Positions 62,103-64,000 of a stretch of DNA of 64,000 nt are shown piece by piece; positions within the stretch are counted from its first letter, which is position 1, and each line of letters starts with the position of its first letter. Made by a program: the position numbers and the translations under genes. A model generated the notes under the pieces. That model had not been told where the DNA came from, did no database searches, and saw nothing but the letters and a program-made list of their open reading frames with translations. This DNA comes from an uncultured Pelagibacteraceae bacterium (GTDB lineage: Bacteria > Pseudomonadota > Alphaproteobacteria > Pelagibacterales > Pelagibacteraceae): the NCBI GenBank assembly GCA_902629285.1, contig CACOQN010000007.1:8180-72179 (forward strand), in the 5' to 3' direction.

Positions 62103-63254
62103 CTATTTTTCCTTAATTGCAATTTTTTTATTGTACCAATTCATTAAAATTGAAATTGAAATACTTAGAGTTAAATAAGTAAGCATTGTTATAGAGACAA
62201 TTTCAATCGCTTTTCCAGTTTGCATCAATGCTGTACCAGCAAAAACTAATACTAAATCGGGATAAGCTATAGCAGCTGCTAATGATGAATTCTTAGTTAA
62301 ATTTAAATATTGGTTTGTTGTTGGTGGAATAATAATTCTCAATGCTTGTGGCATTACTACTAACTTTAATACCTGATTGGGGTTTAATCCTATAGAAGCA
62401 GCAGCCTCTTTCTGACCTTTACCGACACCTTGAATACCAGCTCTTACGCACTCAGCAATAAAAGTTGCTGTATAAAGAGCTAACGATAAAGTTAAAGCTA
62501 TTAATTCAGGTGGTAAACTTACACCACCTTCATAAATAAATGATGTTGTTGCTAACTGTTTTAACTTTGGTATTTCAAATGATAAACTAACACCTCCTAT
62601 TAAAAAACTTAATAAAGGCAAAATAAATATCAATCCAACTGATATCAAAAATACTGGTAATTGTTTACCTTGGGTTTCTTGAACTTTTCGAGCATAAATT
62701 CTTATCACGACGATTGCTACAATTGCTGCAATTAAAGAATTCAAGAAAACATTAAGATTTTCCCAAATGAAAGCTGGGACATACAAACCTTTAATTGTTA
62801 AGAAAAAAACTCCCAACATTGCATCTGCATCTTGAGGTAATGGTAATGCTCTTAAAGCTGCAAAATACCAAAAAAAAATTTGTAAAAGTAATGGTATGTT
62901 TCTAAAAAATTCTACATAAAATGCAGCAAATTGATTTATTAAATAGTTTGGTGAAAGTCTAGCTACACCAACTATAACACCTAAAATTGTAGCAAAAATT
63001 ATTCCAATAACGGACACTAAAATTGTATTAAGTAAACCAACTAAATAGGCTCTAAAGTAAGAATGCGATCCATCATATTCTATAAGTGAAAACTGCACAT
63101 CAAATGATGACTCTTGAGAAAGAAATCCATAACCAAAATCAATACCTCTGTTTTCCATATTGATTTGAGCGTTGTAAGTAAAAAAACCAAAAACTAATAC
63201 TACAACTAAAACAGTAATAAGTTGGGGAATGATTTTTTGTAATTTCAGGTCCAT
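62103..63254 (-). CDS. aapQ: General L-amino acid ABC transporter permease
   Basis: RNIPLLLQ, AECVRAGI, KNSSLAAAIAYPD. Confidence 0.88.
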   Translation of the reverse strand: MDLKLQKIIPQLITVLVVVLVFGFFTYNAQINMENRGIDFGYGFLSQESSFDVQFSLIEYDGSHSYFRAYLVGLLNTILVSVIGIIFATILGVIVGVARLSPNYLINQFAAFYVEFFRNIPLLLQIFFWYFAALRALPLPQDADAMLGVFFLTIKGLYVPAFIWENLNVFLNSLIAAIVAIVVIRIYARKVQETQGKQLPVFLISVGLIFILPLLSFLIGGVSLSFEIPKLKQLATTSFIYEGGVSLPPELIALTLSLALYTATFIAECVRAGIQGVGKGQKEAAASIGLNPNQVLKLVVMPQALRIIIPPTTNQYLNLTKNSSLAAAIAYPDLVLVFAGTALMQTGKAIEIVSITMLTYLTLSISISILMNWYNKKIAIKEK

Positions 63255-63266
63255 TTGAACGCTTAT

Positions 63267-63299
63267 AAAAAAAAGGGCTAGAAAAATCTAGCCCTTTTT
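63267..63299 (-). terminator. Intrinsic terminator between aapJ and aapQ
   Basis: Minus strand GGGCTAGA-TTTT-TCTAGCCC followed by T8. Confidence 0.85.
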
Positions 63300-63317
63300 A
63301 ATTAGTTAAATATACAA

Positions 63318-64000
63318 TTATCTTGCAGGTGGTACGTAAAGAATTCCACCTTTAGTCCATAATTCATTTGGACCTCTATCAGGTAAAATTCCAGTGTCAG
63401 CTATATTTCTTTTATAGCTTTCACCATAGTTACCAACTTGCTTAATAATTCTTAAGCTCCACTCGTTGTCTAGACCAAAAGCAGCTCCCAATTCACCTTC
63501 AGCTCCAACCAATCTTTTAACAGCTGGGTTGTCTGAAGTTTTCATAGAGTCTGCATTTGCTGAAGTAATTCCATACTCTTCAGCTTCAATCATAGCATTT
63601 AAAGACCATCTAACGATATCTTCCCACACAGAGTCACCTTGTCTTACAACTGGTCCTAAAGGCTCTTTAGAAACAGTTTCAGGTAAAACGATATGTTCAT
63701 CTGGGTTCGTCATTTTAGTTCTTTGTGCAGCAAGACCTGATTTATCAGTAGTGTAAGTATCACATCTACCAGCATCATAAGCAGCTACGACTTCATCCGC
63801 TTTTTCAAAAGCAACTGGCTCATAAGAAATTCCTTTAGAATTAAAAAAGTCTCTCATGTTCAGCTCAGTAGTTGTACCAATGTTTGTACAAGCTGAAATA
63901 CCATCTTTGAATTGGCTTGTAGAAGTTATACCAGAACTTTTTCTAACCATGAAACCCTGACCGTCGTAGAAGTTCACTCCAACGAAAGTAAGTCCGATAT
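63318..64000 (-). CDS. aapJ: General L-amino acid ABC substrate-binding protein, 5' end outside window
   Basis: FYDGQGFMV, SKEPLGP, VGNYGE, YVPPAR. Confidence 0.9.
   Translation of the reverse strand, partial: IGLTFVGVNFYDGQGFMVRKSSGITSTSQFKDGISACTNIGTTTELNMRDFFNSKGISYEPVAFEKADEVVAAYDAGRCDTYTTDKSGLAAQRTKMTNPDEHIVLPETVSKEPLGPVVRQGDSVWEDIVRWSLNAMIEAEEYGITSANADSMKTSDNPAVKRLVGAEGELGAAFGLDNEWSLRIIKQVGNYGESYKRNIADTGILPDRGPNELWTKGGILYVPPAR

Overview
AT-rich, tightly packed alphaproteobacterial chromosome segment. Gene content, order, codon style and very short spacers point to a Pelagibacterales (SAR11) genome (inference). Most of it is core genome: glpX, sbmA, nhaA, metG-holB-tmk-dacA, recG, tgt-coaD-gyrA-ssb, uvrA, sodB, secDF-yajC-serS-tatCBA-scpBA-nagZ-argS-dgt, erpA-xth, zur-znuBC/znuA, manC-ilvD-valS and a general amino-acid ABC transporter (aapJQMP, cut by the window end). 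Six tRNAs are present (Glu, Pro, Ser, Lys, Cys, Asn). About three quarters of the genes are on the minus strand. No CRISPR array, IS element or prophage was seen. Best leads: (1) a Cre-like tyrosine recombinase with a 14-7-14 inverted repeat carrying a dif-like ATAA-N7-TTAT core 3 nt upstream of its start codon, a layout like single-recombinase XerS/difSL systems; (2) an adjacent cassette predicted to make an N-formylated 3-amino sugar; (3) an ArsR-less arsenic/phosphate module (3-TM protein, arsC, aquaporin, divergent PiT-fold transporter) with a Pho-box-like repeat, an SD-occluding hairpin and a 259-nt structured leader; (4) a TGT lacking two of four zinc ligands; (5) an 86-aa protein in the ftsN slot; (6) tRNAs ending 2-3 nt before start codons; (7) two small membrane ORFs missed by the ORF track. 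All family assignments come from motif recognition by eye, and no searches were run.
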